Source of the DNA: a virus
Strand: one strand, 5' to 3'
Length of the DNA stretch: 64,000 bases
IMG/VR virus record: IMGVR_UViG_3300030329_005813
Span: 96,001-160,000 of that record
Position 1 is the first letter of the stretch. Each line of letters begins with the position of its first letter. A program made the translations under genes and the position numbers. The notes beneath the pieces are model-generated. The model did not search any database, had not been told where the DNA came from, and saw only the letters and a program-made list of their open reading frames with translations. Shown here in pieces: positions 30,701 to 40,516 of this stretch.

Positions 30701-33700
30701 TATTGCAGCTTCAATATCTGGATTTCCAGTTGTTTGAGTACTGGGTACCGTTGAACTATAGGGAAAGCCCGCAGTCATGACGCTTTCAATATCTAAGCCT
30801 AATTCATCTTCAATGTATTCTACTATATCTAATGGTATGCCTGGGTCTGTGTCGATTACTACTGTTTCTTTGCCCTTTTCAACTTCTTCGTCTTCTGGTG
30901 GAAGAGCGTCAAAAGAATATTTAAAACTTTCAACTAGTTCCATTCTGTATCTGTTGTTAAGTGTTGTAGCATTATAATCTGAGGCAGTGTACTTAATCTT
31001 GAAAGAATACCAGTCTCTGTTCTTCTTAGGATAGTAGTTGCTATAAGAGAGAATTAAATCCGGGTTACCATTAGCTATAAATTGACGATTCATAAATTTA
31101 TAACCTGCGTCGTGGTGGGCTTCTCCTGGATTTTTTAAGATATATTCTAAATATTTTGCTACTGTTTCTGGTAGCAACATTTCACGGGTATTTTCTCTTG
31201 GACTAAAAATACCAAATATTGCCTGAAATGCTATAAATGCGTGATGGGAGGTTAAACTACGACCATCCCTATCGGATAAAATCATATTTAAAAATCCGGC
31301 TGGTCCCATAAGATCCTGAATATATACTTGCTCAAGTATGGAATACATACCTTCAATGGCTCCAGCGGGACCAGAAGCCACAGCAATTGGGCCTGTAGGA
31401 AGCATTTCGGGCGAAGGATCGCGAGGTAGTATTCCAGGAACTGGACATGACGGATCCGAATAATCATCTAATATTGGAGGCATATCCGCAAAAAGACCAT
31501 TTTGTGCAATATTTGCTAAATCTTCTATGTCAGAGATTGCACGACATTTTAAAGATTTTATTTGAGAGTCTACCAGCGCTGGATCTAAATTTTTATTGGT
31601 TAATAGCATTCTTCTTAAATTATCAACTTCTTCCGCGCCAGAAACATCTGAACAAACTTCTGGAAAAACTGGTAGACCTGGAGAGGTTCTTGTTCTAAAT
31701 GCCGGATCGATCATCGCGCCCAATGACATAAAGAAGGCTTCTATTGCAGCATTATTTGGAAATATGCATAAAAATGATCTATGCCTTAAATTAACCAAAT
31801 GACCAATAGCGTCATACACTTCCTTTGCGGCTATTCCCTCAGTTAAATCAATAAATTCACCCTGTGTTAATACTAATCCGATTTCGTTTAGAAAAGCAGC
31901 CGATTCTTCAGCAGATGGTAAACTTTCGGCATCTGTACACGCTCTGCTAAAAGAACCAAATAAATCTGCTGCTGCCTTATTAATTGTCTCGTCATCAGCT
32001 AATGGTAGTGGAATTCCCAGCGAAGATAAGCCAGTGTCACTAAGAGTGTCTTTGATTGAATTGGCAAAATTATTTGAAGGGATATTCTCGAACAACCCAG
32101 AAGCCAAATCTCCCAAAAGACCTAGCAGGTTGCATATACCATTTAAAAGTATTTTTAAAATCATATCTAATATGACTACAATGACTTTAACTGCTATTTG
32201 TATAATGGCTTCTAAAAGTCCATCCATCATCGATTTCATATTATCTGTTGTGGAAAACTTTGGTATTTCCGGCATTTCAATTGCCGCATTACCTCTATTA
32301 AAATCCAAATCTAAAGTCTTCATAAAAGAATCTAGCGGTGGATTAAATATTGGAGGAGGTGGACATTCACTCTTAATGAGTATTTTAGCTATTAATTCAG
32401 CTCCTGGAAACTTTTCTATTTCGGATAAAAGATAGTCAGTATCAACATTTTCTAATATACAATCAACATATAGGCCCATATCGGCGTTCATCATATTGCT
32501 AGAGGCTGTACCTATTGTGCCAACATTGGCCGTCTGAGCCTCTGGTCTAAACTGTGCTGTTTGGCTAGCTACTGTTGCATTCTCATCGCCAACATTTAAA
32601 TCAGCAACATTGTAGTTGTAGCTACCGGTTCTATAGCCAGATTCCCAAGGAGGTTGGGGGGCGCCACCTTTTTCAGTTACACAATTTTTAATTCTAGTTT
32701 GCATTTCAGGGGACAAGCCAGTAAATATTTTTTCAATATAGGCTGAGTCCATCGCCTTCATTGCGGCACTAACAACTGCGTCTTGAGTATCGGCTAAACT
32801 AACCCCTTTCGTAAGGCACTCAAAAGCAGTATTTATTAAGTCTAGGAGGCCGCCTTGACCTAACTTATTAAGTATATTTTGAGATAATTCGTCTAAATTA
32901 CTTGATTGCTCTAAAAGTTCTGGTAGCTTTAAAAATATGTTGTCGCCAAGCTGTAAACTAGAATTAGCAGAATTCTGAGCACGAGAAAGCATTCCTCCTA
33001 GATCACCAAGCTCGTTAAGATAATCAAGTTGTGAAGAAGAATCCCGACATACCTGAGATGAAAATTTTGCTGTTATTGCATCTGGTAGGCTAACAATCTT
33101 GTCAACAACGGCCTGTGCTGCCATATGCAGTGGATCATCCGATACTCCAGTAGATCCCAACGGGCTGTTAACTTCATTAATAGTTATTTCTGGAAATGTA
33201 TACTTGACGAAAAACTTATCCCATGCCATTGGCTTTCTTGCACCGGCGTCAGCAACTATGTCAGGCAAAGCAGCTATATATGCCATTGTGCGCGGATCAT
33301 TGATTGGTTCTAAATCTTTAAACCCTCCAAGATTATCCCCTTCTTTTTTCCATAACAGCTCAACTGGCTCACAATATGGTTCATTAGCTTGACCATATAT
33401 TACTTGGTATTCTTCATTAAATCTAAACTCTACTCTTTCAGCTGCCCCAGGACCATTTAATTTAAAGCCGTTTCTATTCATTAAAGATACCAGAACAGGA
33501 ACAAATTTCTTTAATTTTCTGATTTCTTCATTAGGATCAAAATTAGGTATTACTTGGCCGGTTTCATATGACCACAGTGCATACTGATGGCCGTAATATC
33601 TAAATGCTTCGCACACTTGACGAATCATAAGGCGAATCTTTGGAGCCTCTAACACAACGCCTACAGGACCAGCGGGTGGTTCCTCTATTGACTCGTCAAC

Positions 33701-34909
33701 AGTAGGACTAAACTGTATTGACTCTATTAGTGCAACCGGAACGCACACTAAAGTTTTAATTGGCATTAAGTTCCTTAAAGGAACATCATATTCTTTTGCG
33801 GCTGCTTCATTTAAAACAGTTTGTCTAGTGGACGCGTCAAGAGGAGTTTTTTCAAAATTTTCTAATATTAATTCAACACCCGAAACTTTTTGTGCCTCAA
33901 GAAACGCTTCTCTGCTAGTGATATCATTCAATATTGATATGTTTGTTTCGTTTGATACTACAGTTACGCAGTACTCACAAGTTTTTCTATTTAAAAATAC
34001 CTCTCCGTGCCCATTGGTTCTCCAATTTGGCACTGGAGCGCTAGCATTTGGGATACATACCGGGCATTCTTCTGGAACAAAAGGCGCCTCGGATGTTGCA
34101 CAAGGCCCAACTGCATTGCCGGCAGCTAAGTTTGCTTGATATTCCTCTTCTGATAAGCCAAATGTGCCGGCTGGTGCCGCACTATCTTCAAATGTATTTA
34201 CTTCAAATTCATATTCTTCACCGGTGCCGCGTGCAATACCCGAACCCGGTGGGGCGACACCTCGCTGTCCCGACACCAGTCCTGGACGATGATCTGCTAT
34301 ATGCTCCGCTACTTGAATTAAATATCCTAGCTCGCCGCGGCGATTCCCAACGTGTTCAAATTGATATTTGTTTCCATATTGATCAACGCCGCCCGGAGCC
34401 CTGCTGTCAGGGTCTCCAAGAAGAGCAAACTTTGGTCCTTGATGATCATTTTGGGACCACTCATGGACAGTATATTTTTCTACATCTTTAAGATAATTTA
34501 TAAGATCTTGGTCGGAAGCATAGGACACATAATTTGGCAATACAGTATCTTTTAAATACCTTACCATTCCCTCCGGATCGCCCCAAATATAAAAATCACA
34601 GTCTGAGCCTCCGGGTTTAGCCCATTCAGTTTCGTCGCAGTTATCATATTGATCCTTAAGAGAGGTTGGACTACCTGTCGATATATTCCAAACTGCGTAA
34701 TGAGTATTATACCCTCGATCAACGGCGTACTGCGCTATAAATAATAATCTTTCAAGACCTTTTTTAAAATATTCTAAGGCCTGTGTCTCATCATCGATTC
34801 TAATAGATTCGCGAAGACCTGGATCTACTGCATTATAGCCATGCACATCTGAGGAATCACCGTATATAGGGTCGATTGGATAATCAACTAAAACAAAAGG
34901 GTAAGGCAT
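27728..34909 (-). CDS. Very large hypothetical virion protein (2393 aa)
   Basis: Long ORF between spike-like and gp25-like genes; largely helical-looking and Cys-rich; no recognisable catalytic motif. Confidence 0.6.
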   Translation of the reverse strand: MPYPFVLVDYPIDPIYGDSSDVHGYNAVDPGLRESIRIDDETQALEYFKKGLERLLFIAQYAVDRGYNTHYAVWNISTGSPTSLKDQYDNCDETEWAKPGGSDCDFYIWGDPEGMVRYLKDTVLPNYVSYASDQDLINYLKDVEKYTVHEWSQNDHQGPKFALLGDPDSRAPGGVDQYGNKYQFEHVGNRRGELGYLIQVAEHIADHRPGLVSGQRGVAPPGSGIARGTGEEYEFEVNTFEDSAAPAGTFGLSEEEYQANLAAGNAVGPCATSEAPFVPEECPVCIPNASAPVPNWRTNGHGEVFLNRKTCEYCVTVVSNETNISILNDITSREAFLEAQKVSGVELILENFEKTPLDASTRQTVLNEAAAKEYDVPLRNLMPIKTLVCVPVALIESIQFSPTVDESIEEPPAGPVGVVLEAPKIRLMIRQVCEAFRYYGHQYALWSYETGQVIPNFDPNEEIRKLKKFVPVLVSLMNRNGFKLNGPGAAERVEFRFNEEYQVIYGQANEPYCEPVELLWKKEGDNLGGFKDLEPINDPRTMAYIAALPDIVADAGARKPMAWDKFFVKYTFPEITINEVNSPLGSTGVSDDPLHMAAQAVVDKIVSLPDAITAKFSSQVCRDSSSQLDYLNELGDLGGMLSRAQNSANSSLQLGDNIFLKLPELLEQSSNLDELSQNILNKLGQGGLLDLINTAFECLTKGVSLADTQDAVVSAAMKAMDSAYIEKIFTGLSPEMQTRIKNCVTEKGGAPQPPWESGYRTGSYNYNVADLNVGDENATVASQTAQFRPEAQTANVGTIGTASSNMMNADMGLYVDCILENVDTDYLLSEIEKFPGAELIAKILIKSECPPPPIFNPPLDSFMKTLDLDFNRGNAAIEMPEIPKFSTTDNMKSMMDGLLEAIIQIAVKVIVVILDMILKILLNGICNLLGLLGDLASGLFENIPSNNFANSIKDTLSDTGLSSLGIPLPLADDETINKAAADLFGSFSRACTDAESLPSAEESAAFLNEIGLVLTQGEFIDLTEGIAAKEVYDAIGHLVNLRHRSFLCIFPNNAAIEAFFMSLGAMIDPAFRTRTSPGLPVFPEVCSDVSGAEEVDNLRRMLLTNKNLDPALVDSQIKSLKCRAISDIEDLANIAQNGLFADMPPILDDYSDPSCPVPGILPRDPSPEMLPTGPIAVASGPAGAIEGMYSILEQVYIQDLMGPAGFLNMILSDRDGRSLTSHHAFIAFQAIFGIFSPRENTREMLLPETVAKYLEYILKNPGEAHHDAGYKFMNRQFIANGNPDLILSYSNYYPKKNRDWYSFKIKYTASDYNATTLNNRYRMELVESFKYSFDALPPEDEEVEKGKETVVIDTDPGIPLDIVEYIEDELGLDIESVMTAGFPYSSTVPSTQTTGNPDIEAAIYNLRVEIREASQIYNSNKVYVDATNLTLDLHSVNISNAPSNEYAHLENGLLPALREIDVEQIITPDTGQFGGQTYDRTELQNVRDELQTSIDEVIKTVKETINQIKNNTIASSAGLSAQGVVFGKYIEKILRDEWPAATPIMEGAAIAQSFSNIAEICATEMYGYINTSLFNSLASMIGHNNTAFLYGEGGSTFSGNDPVRYAPRKINLDKTHRHPVTGLPEPIDPIAFGGNDVFPSFYMQPPQNRNGWCGIADKMIPEVDACDPKRKNIVDFKQIGKQVMEFHKKIADDPRINQSSHCVLEPPCGKVMRRSTASMIEGLIKSTIRIYITEAVLKGMPSFVKFKADFNEVYDSLLARYITQTLKDGFLQYSVKGFGRRKNDEYYFQFLEQAVQNFGRKLDAGLVEATTEEQEAVDIINGLQGIWKKDPTLTSDKPYANTGEKLKRVMPPSIFREHLANISKGFLNPLNNDNALSIEEARKLKERSWDYFMREVEPYAEIILSRYIKEELAYISGEFSKRIPPEYKTLYEAFLGDSTYGCYGNIDFNTFAKPSSLANPFAVVHNAVNPKISGYAGDSNIFFEKYSNPDAEERLNPMSPSALEPSNESKNRYSPFVLESYIYVEDYDEQYFVNLVAGAANTTAVLSSLRSKYGDLESSGIPKVWRQHVQSRDPHLFGVVKASEWQAWLASKASIFEPLNLQKVDLWQSWSYGLRIVFVPPNKSTESILPKSSNLKELLSTVTSYYPAATRQNNKAFSIGTSNVDENPMSIPLVKSELVMPMGTDLADASWYDSYDGIGGMAPLIQGLVCGPEYKMLFRYCFNMPRIMSVIAVYIINAFPPSIGKAGAEGADGTMEGPYEFPGAWVDTHGRPGQGEDNDGWYKPSGPFAPSEYYGGGLNLSPFAVNFKRWEFKNAFSRTKRIVAHNFMDLYNLENPLYISESLTSTEMEEMLRQDTAPPWPKFNVRLWQKKVDRPYDKDGNLCYDPEDDFTED

Positions 34910-34928
34910 TTAATATATTCCGACTCTA

Positions 34929-34936
34929 TAATTAGT
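34929..34936 (-). promoter_or_regulatory. ACTAATTA candidate late promoter
   Basis: ~20 nt upstream of the 34909 start. Confidence 0.5.
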
Positions 34937-35876
34937 TTGTATTATTATATTTACTATTGAATTGCTTCGAACCAATTGCCTCAAGGTTATTGGCTCTAAA
35001 GGTTGTAGTATTTGTTCTATAGAGATACATTTCCATGACTCCCTGAGCGTATAACTTGCCGATTGATTGTATCGCACTAGCCATAAGATCAAAAGATGGC
35101 GTGGTTGGGGTACCAGGGTATGGCCCCATAGAGTTGTGAGTATGGCTTGCTAAAGCTTGATTAATTGTTATTAGTTCATTTTCAAGCGTTGATACTTGAG
35201 CGGCTAAGTCATCTATTAAGTCCATCATAGCTTTTAAAGTGTTTTTAAGATCTGTTCCTCTGGGGATTGGCTGTAATTTTTCATCATCATTACCAGCTAT
35301 TAAATCGACACCTACAGTAGTTTTTATCTCTTCGCCGTGTGAATTCACGGCTCCACGACCTTCGGTAACAATTTTAATTCCATTTCGACCAACTACTCTT
35401 ACTTCATCAGCTTTAACGCCAATGGCCGAACGGGCTTCATTCGCGCCGACGTTTCCCTCTGCTAAATTAAAGTTTTTATCAATATCAGTTAACTGGGAAA
35501 CATAAATTCTTGCGGCGTCGGAAATTAAATTAGGATCGGCAAATACTTCTGGGTCTTTAGGGCCTAGGCCAGCAACAATATCAATAGTGCTGGCACCGGT
35601 TGAACCCTGGCCACCGTAACCACTAACTAGTGAACTTGGCCTATCTCTTCCTTGGCGAATCATAGAAGCACCGTTTGCTATAATTCTTTCGCTTGAGGCG
35701 GCTGTAAAGTTAGCAATTGGTTCTGTAATTACACCATTATTTAAACCAGCGAATGACACCCCAGCATCCTGATCTGAAGATCGTGAGGCGCCATCTTTTA
35801 CAACTTGTGGGTTTTTATCTAAATCTTGATTATTGCCGCCGGATTGTTTTTCTTGATTTTTAAAATAATCTGCCAT
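34932..35876 (-). CDS. Baseplate central spike-like protein (gp5 C-terminal / gpV-like)
   Basis: Beta-repeat-like middle (SDAARIYVSQLTDID..IGVKADEVRVVGRNGIKIVT), coiled coil, then an HTH (His-x-His) tip motif; position in baseplate module. Confidence 0.6.
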   Translation of the reverse strand: MADYFKNQEKQSGGNNQDLDKNPQVVKDGASRSSDQDAGVSFAGLNNGVITEPIANFTAASSERIIANGASMIRQGRDRPSSLVSGYGGQGSTGASTIDIVAGLGPKDPEVFADPNLISDAARIYVSQLTDIDKNFNLAEGNVGANEARSAIGVKADEVRVVGRNGIKIVTEGRGAVNSHGEEIKTTVGVDLIAGNDDEKLQPIPRGTDLKNTLKAMMDLIDDLAAQVSTLENELITINQALASHTHNSMGPYPGTPTTPSFDLMASAIQSIGKLYAQGVMEMYLYRTNTTTFRANNLEAIGSKQFNSKYNNTN

Positions 35877-35888
35877 TTGCTTTATCCC

Positions 35889-36989
35889 TTAGCCTGTAGC
35901 TGACTCACTTGATTCTAAATGCAGGCCTGCTTGCATTTCACTCGTGGACCATTTTGAATACTGAATATGAATTGGGTCATAGGGTTTTTGCCAATTTCCG
36001 CCCCACTCTAATCCAAGCGTTGAAGCAATCTCTGGGATTCCTGATTGAAGCCACATACTTTTTGGTGAAGTAGATAGTATTACTGTACCGTTGGCCAACT
36101 TAGGATTAAAATCTATGGCCATTCCAAAATTATGATAACTTGTACTATTTGATGGACGTGGACCACATGTGCCACGACCATTGTGTGTGCAGTCAGACCA
36201 CTCTGAATACAACTGATCTTGTTCTTCTTCTGAACGAAACCCGCTATTTAGAGTAATTGCAATTCCTTTTTGGTCCCAGCAAGTACAAATAAATTTTTTA
36301 ACCAATTTTTTAAATTCTGGATGCAAATTATTTAAAACTGGGGCATGTGCGTTTTTATTTGGTATTTCCATATTTTCGTCATAACAGGTCACATCTCCAT
36401 CATCTTCAAAAAAACTAGCTGCGTAGCTAATGGCTTCGCTAGCAAAAGCGCCAATGGCAGAAGCTGTAGAACGATTTCTATCTGGTGGACTAAATTTAGA
36501 CCTTTCTTCTACGCTTACAATAATTCCTTCTTTATCTACTAATACAATGTCTCCAGCATTTAATGCTCCTTCTGTCCATACTTTATCTGGACTAGTATAG
36601 TACGTACCGTGCATACTTAATAGCATTTTATCTCTAGGAGTTATGTCTCCGTTAGCCACCCTGTTAATATCTGGCTTTTCTATGCTAGCGTGGATCTCTG
36701 GGATTCTACAGATTGCAAAAAATCTTTGAGTATTCCACCCTATTCTATCTAAAAAAGTTGGGGCGGCGCCGGGGCCGGCTGATGATACTTGTCTGGATAG
36801 TAAAACTTCTGCACGCATCAGCTTATCGTTGAATGTAGAAGTTCTTTCGTATGCCCTATTAAGCGCTTGTTTTAGTAGATCTGCGCCCGATGCTCCATCA
36901 GAAATTAAAAGATCATCAGGCCTAAATCCTAAACTATTAAGCTCACCGATTTTAAAATCTCTATAGTCTGGACCGTCACCGTTAGCCAT
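35889..36989 (-). CDS. Tail-associated peptidoglycan peptidase, M15 family, with N-terminal baseplate-type domain
   Basis: SGFRS..Q..LY, SYHNFGMAIDF (SxHxxGxAxD), LEWGGNW, DPIHIQ zinc-binding motifs. Confidence 0.85.
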   Translation of the reverse strand: MANGDGPDYRDFKIGELNSLGFRPDDLLISDGASGADLLKQALNRAYERTSTFNDKLMRAEVLLSRQVSSAGPGAAPTFLDRIGWNTQRFFAICRIPEIHASIEKPDINRVANGDITPRDKMLLSMHGTYYTSPDKVWTEGALNAGDIVLVDKEGIIVSVEERSKFSPPDRNRSTASAIGAFASEAISYAASFFEDDGDVTCYDENMEIPNKNAHAPVLNNLHPEFKKLVKKFICTCWDQKGIAITLNSGFRSEEEQDQLYSEWSDCTHNGRGTCGPRPSNSTSYHNFGMAIDFNPKLANGTVILSTSPKSMWLQSGIPEIASTLGLEWGGNWQKPYDPIHIQYSKWSTSEMQAGLHLESSESATG

Positions 36990-37293
36990 CTTCGGATACC
37001 TCTTCCGAGTCGCCCGATTCCTGAAGTAGGTTAAAAATATCTGCTTTATCTGCGTCGGTTAGGCCAGTTTCGCCACTCTGTTGTTTGTGAATTAGAGTTG
37101 ATATTTTTACTAATTGCTCATTAGATCTCTGAAGAGTTTCAACATATTTAGCGGCCACTAAACCAACTTGTCGATGATTTTCTTCATTCTTGCCCAAAAA
37201 ACGAATGACATCATCAAGAAGCTCCCGGGTAACCTCTCGATCATCTTCTATGTTTGTTATGGCTTTTTCAAGATAGTGATCTAAATTTTTCAT
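36982..37293 (-). CDS. Hypothetical helical protein
   Basis: Start reassigned to ATG 37293 (ATGA overlap with upstream stop); coiled-coil character. Confidence 0.65.
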   Translation of the reverse strand: MKNLDHYLEKAITNIEDDREVTRELLDDVIRFLGKNEENHRQVGLVAAKYVETLQRSNEQLVKISTLIHKQQSGETGLTDADKADIFNLLQESGDSEEVSEDG

Positions 37294-38030
37294 ATATCCC
37301 CAGAATTCCACTTAATTCGAAAAGTTCTATACTTGACTCTCATTTTATTTAGATTGTTAACCACCTGTTTAGTATTGAGGCCAGTTATTTCTCTCAGGTA
37401 TAAATAAATAGCTTTCTTATTAAAAATTTCTATGTCATCACAGCTTTCCATAAGAATTTTAACAGCTGAAAGAACCTTTCTTTCATTTTCTTTCATCTTG
37501 TCGTGTTCCCAAGAGTTAACCTCTTGTTCAAGAAAATGCCAAAATTCTTTTGATATACGATCTTTAAAATAAGGATTACTGGTTGAGATGTGCTTTAACT
37601 CCAGCTCTTTGGGTAATCCAGATATTTCTATTTCTTGCCTATTTTGTTTAGCTTTTCTTTTAACTTTATGAATAAACCAGTTTTTTGTGATGACACTAAA
37701 ATAAGAAAAAGCCTTTGAGCCTTTGTTGACATCGTATTTATCAAGAATAGTTATTAGCCAAATTTTACACTCGTCTCGCAATGAGTCAATATTTGGTAAT
37801 GTAGTAAACTTATAAGTAAATACGATTTTATCAACCATTTCGTCAAAGGCTGGGCCGATATAATTTCTATACAGTTCCGTTCTTAATCTTATATCATCTG
37901 TCGCCACATACTTTAATATAGCGTCTTCATGAACTTGAGTAAAATATTGTCTAGATTTGGAACCGGATCTGCGCCGGGATCTTTTTTTCTTCGGCGGATC
38001 CTTCTGGGGTGGGTTCGGGTTCTTGTCCAT
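37290..38030 (-). CDS. Phage RNA polymerase sigma factor (T4 gp55-like, late)
   Basis: Region 2 motif LDKYD..KGSKAFSYFSVITKNWF; C-terminal LREITGL HTH-like segment. Confidence 0.75.
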   Translation of the reverse strand: MDKNPNPPQKDPPKKKRSRRRSGSKSRQYFTQVHEDAILKYVATDDIRLRTELYRNYIGPAFDEMVDKIVFTYKFTTLPNIDSLRDECKIWLITILDKYDVNKGSKAFSYFSVITKNWFIHKVKRKAKQNRQEIEISGLPKELELKHISTSNPYFKDRISKEFWHFLEQEVNSWEHDKMKENERKVLSAVKILMESCDDIEIFNKKAIYLYLREITGLNTKQVVNNLNKMRVKYRTFRIKWNSGDI

Positions 38031-38340
38031 TCACGTCATCCTCTTCTATGTCTTCTTCTGTGAGATATATAATGTCTTCAAATTTTTCTAATTGCTGAAC
38101 AACACTTTCACCGTGTTGCATTAAATTATGCAAAGTTACATCGCCATAAAATGTTTCTAGTTCGTATACTGACTTGATATGTGATGTAAAATTTTCAATA
38201 ATATCAAGCAAATCGTTTAAGTTTTCAGAAAAAAACATAAGTTTTTTTGTAAGATTCGACAAATACCAAAGAAAAAAAACATTAATCAATATAGAAAATA
38301 ATAATATTACGCTTAGAATCAATATTAAAACGTTACTCAT
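37951..38340 (-). CDS. Hypothetical membrane protein
   Basis: N-terminal hydrophobic helix followed by acidic coiled coil. Confidence 0.65.
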   Translation of the reverse strand: MSNVLILILSVILLFSILINVFFLWYLSNLTKKLMFFSENLNDLLDIIENFTSHIKSVYELETFYGDVTLHNLMQHGESVVQQLEKFEDIIYLTEEDIEEDDVNGQEPEPTPEGSAEEKKIPAQIRFQI

Positions 38341-38596
38341 TAAAATACTCTTTTGTTAAATTTTCTTTTTCTTGTTTTACTTCTTCTTTCGTCCGCTCTA
38401 TAAAATCATTTGTGATTTGGCCTACGGGAAGATTGTCTTGTTTTTTTACTGTACTAGTATTAAATGGTGTAGAATAATCTCTTTGAAGTGAATTTTTTAC
38501 TCCACACAACTTACAATCCGAAACAACCTCTGAGAAAGAATGAAATATACTCATTGTTTCCGAACAAGAGGCACATTTATATACATAAGTAGGCAT
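38333..38596 (-). CDS. FmdB-family zinc-ribbon protein
   Basis: MPTYVYKCASC...CKLCG signature. Confidence 0.85.
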   Translation of the reverse strand: MPTYVYKCASCSETMSIFHSFSEVVSDCKLCGVKNSLQRDYSTPFNTSTVKKQDNLPVGQITNDFIERTKEEVKQEKENLTKEYFNE

Positions 38597-38599
38597 TAA

Positions 38600-38800
38600 C
38601 TAGTATTCTTCTATATTTTCTTCATTTGGAATTCTCACAACAGGTGGATTTAAAATCTTTAAGCCATCCGTCGAGCTAATAAACTCAAAATCTTTAAGCA
38701 CCGGAACAATATCAGATTGCTCCAAAAGTGACTTCTGTAAAGCCATCATTAAGGCGCCTAGGGCCTGATCTGATAAATTATATGTTTCTGTCTCACTCAT
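38600..38800 (-). CDS. Hypothetical protein
   Basis: Start reassigned to ATG 38800 (AAGGAG RBS); MSETETYNLSDQALGALMMALQKSL. Confidence 0.7.
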   Translation of the reverse strand: MSETETYNLSDQALGALMMALQKSLLEQSDIVPVLKDFEFISSTDGLKILNPPVVRIPNEENIEEY

Positions 38801-39662
38801 TTGTACTCTCCTTAATAATTGCTCTTCCGAGCAGTTTTTCCCAGTCTTTCTCTGGTCTAACATTTAGATTAGTTTTCCAAGCTCCATCTAGCACAGATGG
38901 TTCAACACCAATAGATCGAGCGTGACTCATCATTGCTTGGATATCCTTTGGAAAACAGCTTCCCCCAAAACCAAACTTGCCATCTGGTCCGGGTACAGAT
39001 ACGTGTGAGTGTCCTATGCGGCCATCACGCACAAATCCGTCTACTGCAACATTCCAATCAACATTGCTTTTATCTGCTATCAGTCTCATTTCGTTCATAA
39101 ACGAAACCTTGGTCGCAAAATAACAGTTATTCATATACTTAATAAACTCTGCTGTTTCAAAGTTTGTTTGTATAGTTGGTGTAGAGCCTCCGAATCTAAT
39201 GCGAAAAAGCTCAGCCACCTTACTTGTATTTTTTGATTCTCCACCAAGAATAAATCTGGCTTGATTAATAAAATCAAACTTTGCCGATCTTTCTGTTAAG
39301 AATTCCGGATTGAACACAAGAGTTATATTGCTATATTTTCCCTGAAATGCTCTTGTTGTTCCTGGTATGACTGTTGAACGCACCAGGACGACACTACCAT
39401 CTTTTGTCCCGTGCGCGTCTACTTCGCCAAGAACACTTTCTAAGATCGAAAGGTTGATGGAGCCATCAACATTTGATGGGGTAGGCACAGACAAGAAAAT
39501 AAAATCTGACTCATCCAATACTTCGTCTAGACTGTGCGTTGACTTGGCTGGATTTTTATCAAAGATTCTTAACTTAGCCTGATCAAATCCAGTCTGTGGT
39601 GAAAACCCATAAGCAACTGAGGATCCGACAAAACCAAAACCAATGATCCCAATATTAATCAT
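38793..39662 (-). CDS. ugd: UDP-glucose/GDP-mannose 6-dehydrogenase family, short form
   Basis: GFGFVG Rossmann motif, SVPTP, RSTVIPG, FNPEFL, KYMNN, catalytic GFGGSCFPKD; only 289 aa. Confidence 0.9.
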   Translation of the reverse strand: MINIGIIGFGFVGSSVAYGFSPQTGFDQAKLRIFDKNPAKSTHSLDEVLDESDFIFLSVPTPSNVDGSINLSILESVLGEVDAHGTKDGSVVLVRSTVIPGTTRAFQGKYSNITLVFNPEFLTERSAKFDFINQARFILGGESKNTSKVAELFRIRFGGSTPTIQTNFETAEFIKYMNNCYFATKVSFMNEMRLIADKSNVDWNVAVDGFVRDGRIGHSHVSVPGPDGKFGFGGSCFPKDIQAMMSHARSIGVEPSVLDGAWKTNLNVRPEKDWEKLLGRAIIKESTNE

Positions 39663-40516
39663 TGTAGTTTTTCCTTAAGCTGTTTAAAACAATTCGAAAT
39701 ACCTTCTTTAACATTAATTTTTGGTTCGAACCCTAATTTTTTTAATGGACTCATATTAGCTTTTGTAAATAATACATCACCTTTTCTTTTTTCTACATAA
39801 TCAAACTGCACATCTGGGAAGTATTCGTTAACGATATCTTTCATTTCATTGAGTGAAATATTGCTACCCGTACCAACATCATAGTGACGACCATTAAATG
39901 CTCCTTCGTATTCCATAGCAAAAATATTAGCTGAGACAACATCACTTTTATGAGCCATATCTCTACGTTGCTTGCCGTTACCAGTAATAAAAGGATTTTT
40001 ACCTTCGCGGATATATCGCATCCAGTTAGCTACAGCTGTAGCATATGGACTATCTGCTTTTTGGTCAAAACTATATACATTAAAATAACGTAGCGTTACC
40101 GTATCAAGATCATACAAATCTGAATATAATTTAGTTTCTAGTTCGGACGTTAGTTTTTGTAATGCGTATGGACTTGCGGGGCCGTCGCCATTACCCACAA
40201 CAGATGAGGATCCAGAATAAATAAATCTTTTAACATTTTTTCTTTTGGCAAAGTCTAACATTATACTTGTTGATAAAACATTATTCATCATAGTATGAAT
40301 TGGCTGCTCTACACTATATGCAACGCGTGGAATACATGCTAGATGAAAAACATAATCAAAATCATATTGTTCCAGTTTTTCTAAGCCATTTAAAATATCC
40401 CATTCGCTATTGTCCTTGTAATCAATTCCTACAACATTGTGTCCCATTGACACAAGTCTCCAATACAAGGTGCTTCCTATGTAGCCGCGATGGCCAGTTA
40501 CTAAACAATTAGCCAT
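39659..40516 (-). CDS. NAD-dependent sugar epimerase/dehydratase (extended SDR)
   Basis: TGHRGYIG, YALQK (YxxxK), LRYFNVY, GNGKQRRD. Confidence 0.92.
   Translation of the reverse strand: MANCLVTGHRGYIGSTLYWRLVSMGHNVVGIDYKDNSEWDILNGLEKLEQYDFDYVFHLACIPRVAYSVEQPIHTMMNNVLSTSIMLDFAKRKNVKRFIYSGSSSVVGNGDGPASPYALQKLTSELETKLYSDLYDLDTVTLRYFNVYSFDQKADSPYATAVANWMRYIREGKNPFITGNGKQRRDMAHKSDVVSANIFAMEYEGAFNGRHYDVGTGSNISLNEMKDIVNEYFPDVQFDYVEKRKGDVLFTKANMSPLKKLGFEPKINVKEGISNCFKQLKEKLQ

Noticed and set aside
27728-34909. Tape measure protein call
   Set aside because: No periodic Trp/Phe or Ala/Gly-rich repeats typical of tape measures, and its position between spike and gp25 is atypical
36982-37293. Possible terminase small subunit
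   Set aside because: Only general helical character; no large terminase nearby and no diagnostic motif, so left as hypothetical
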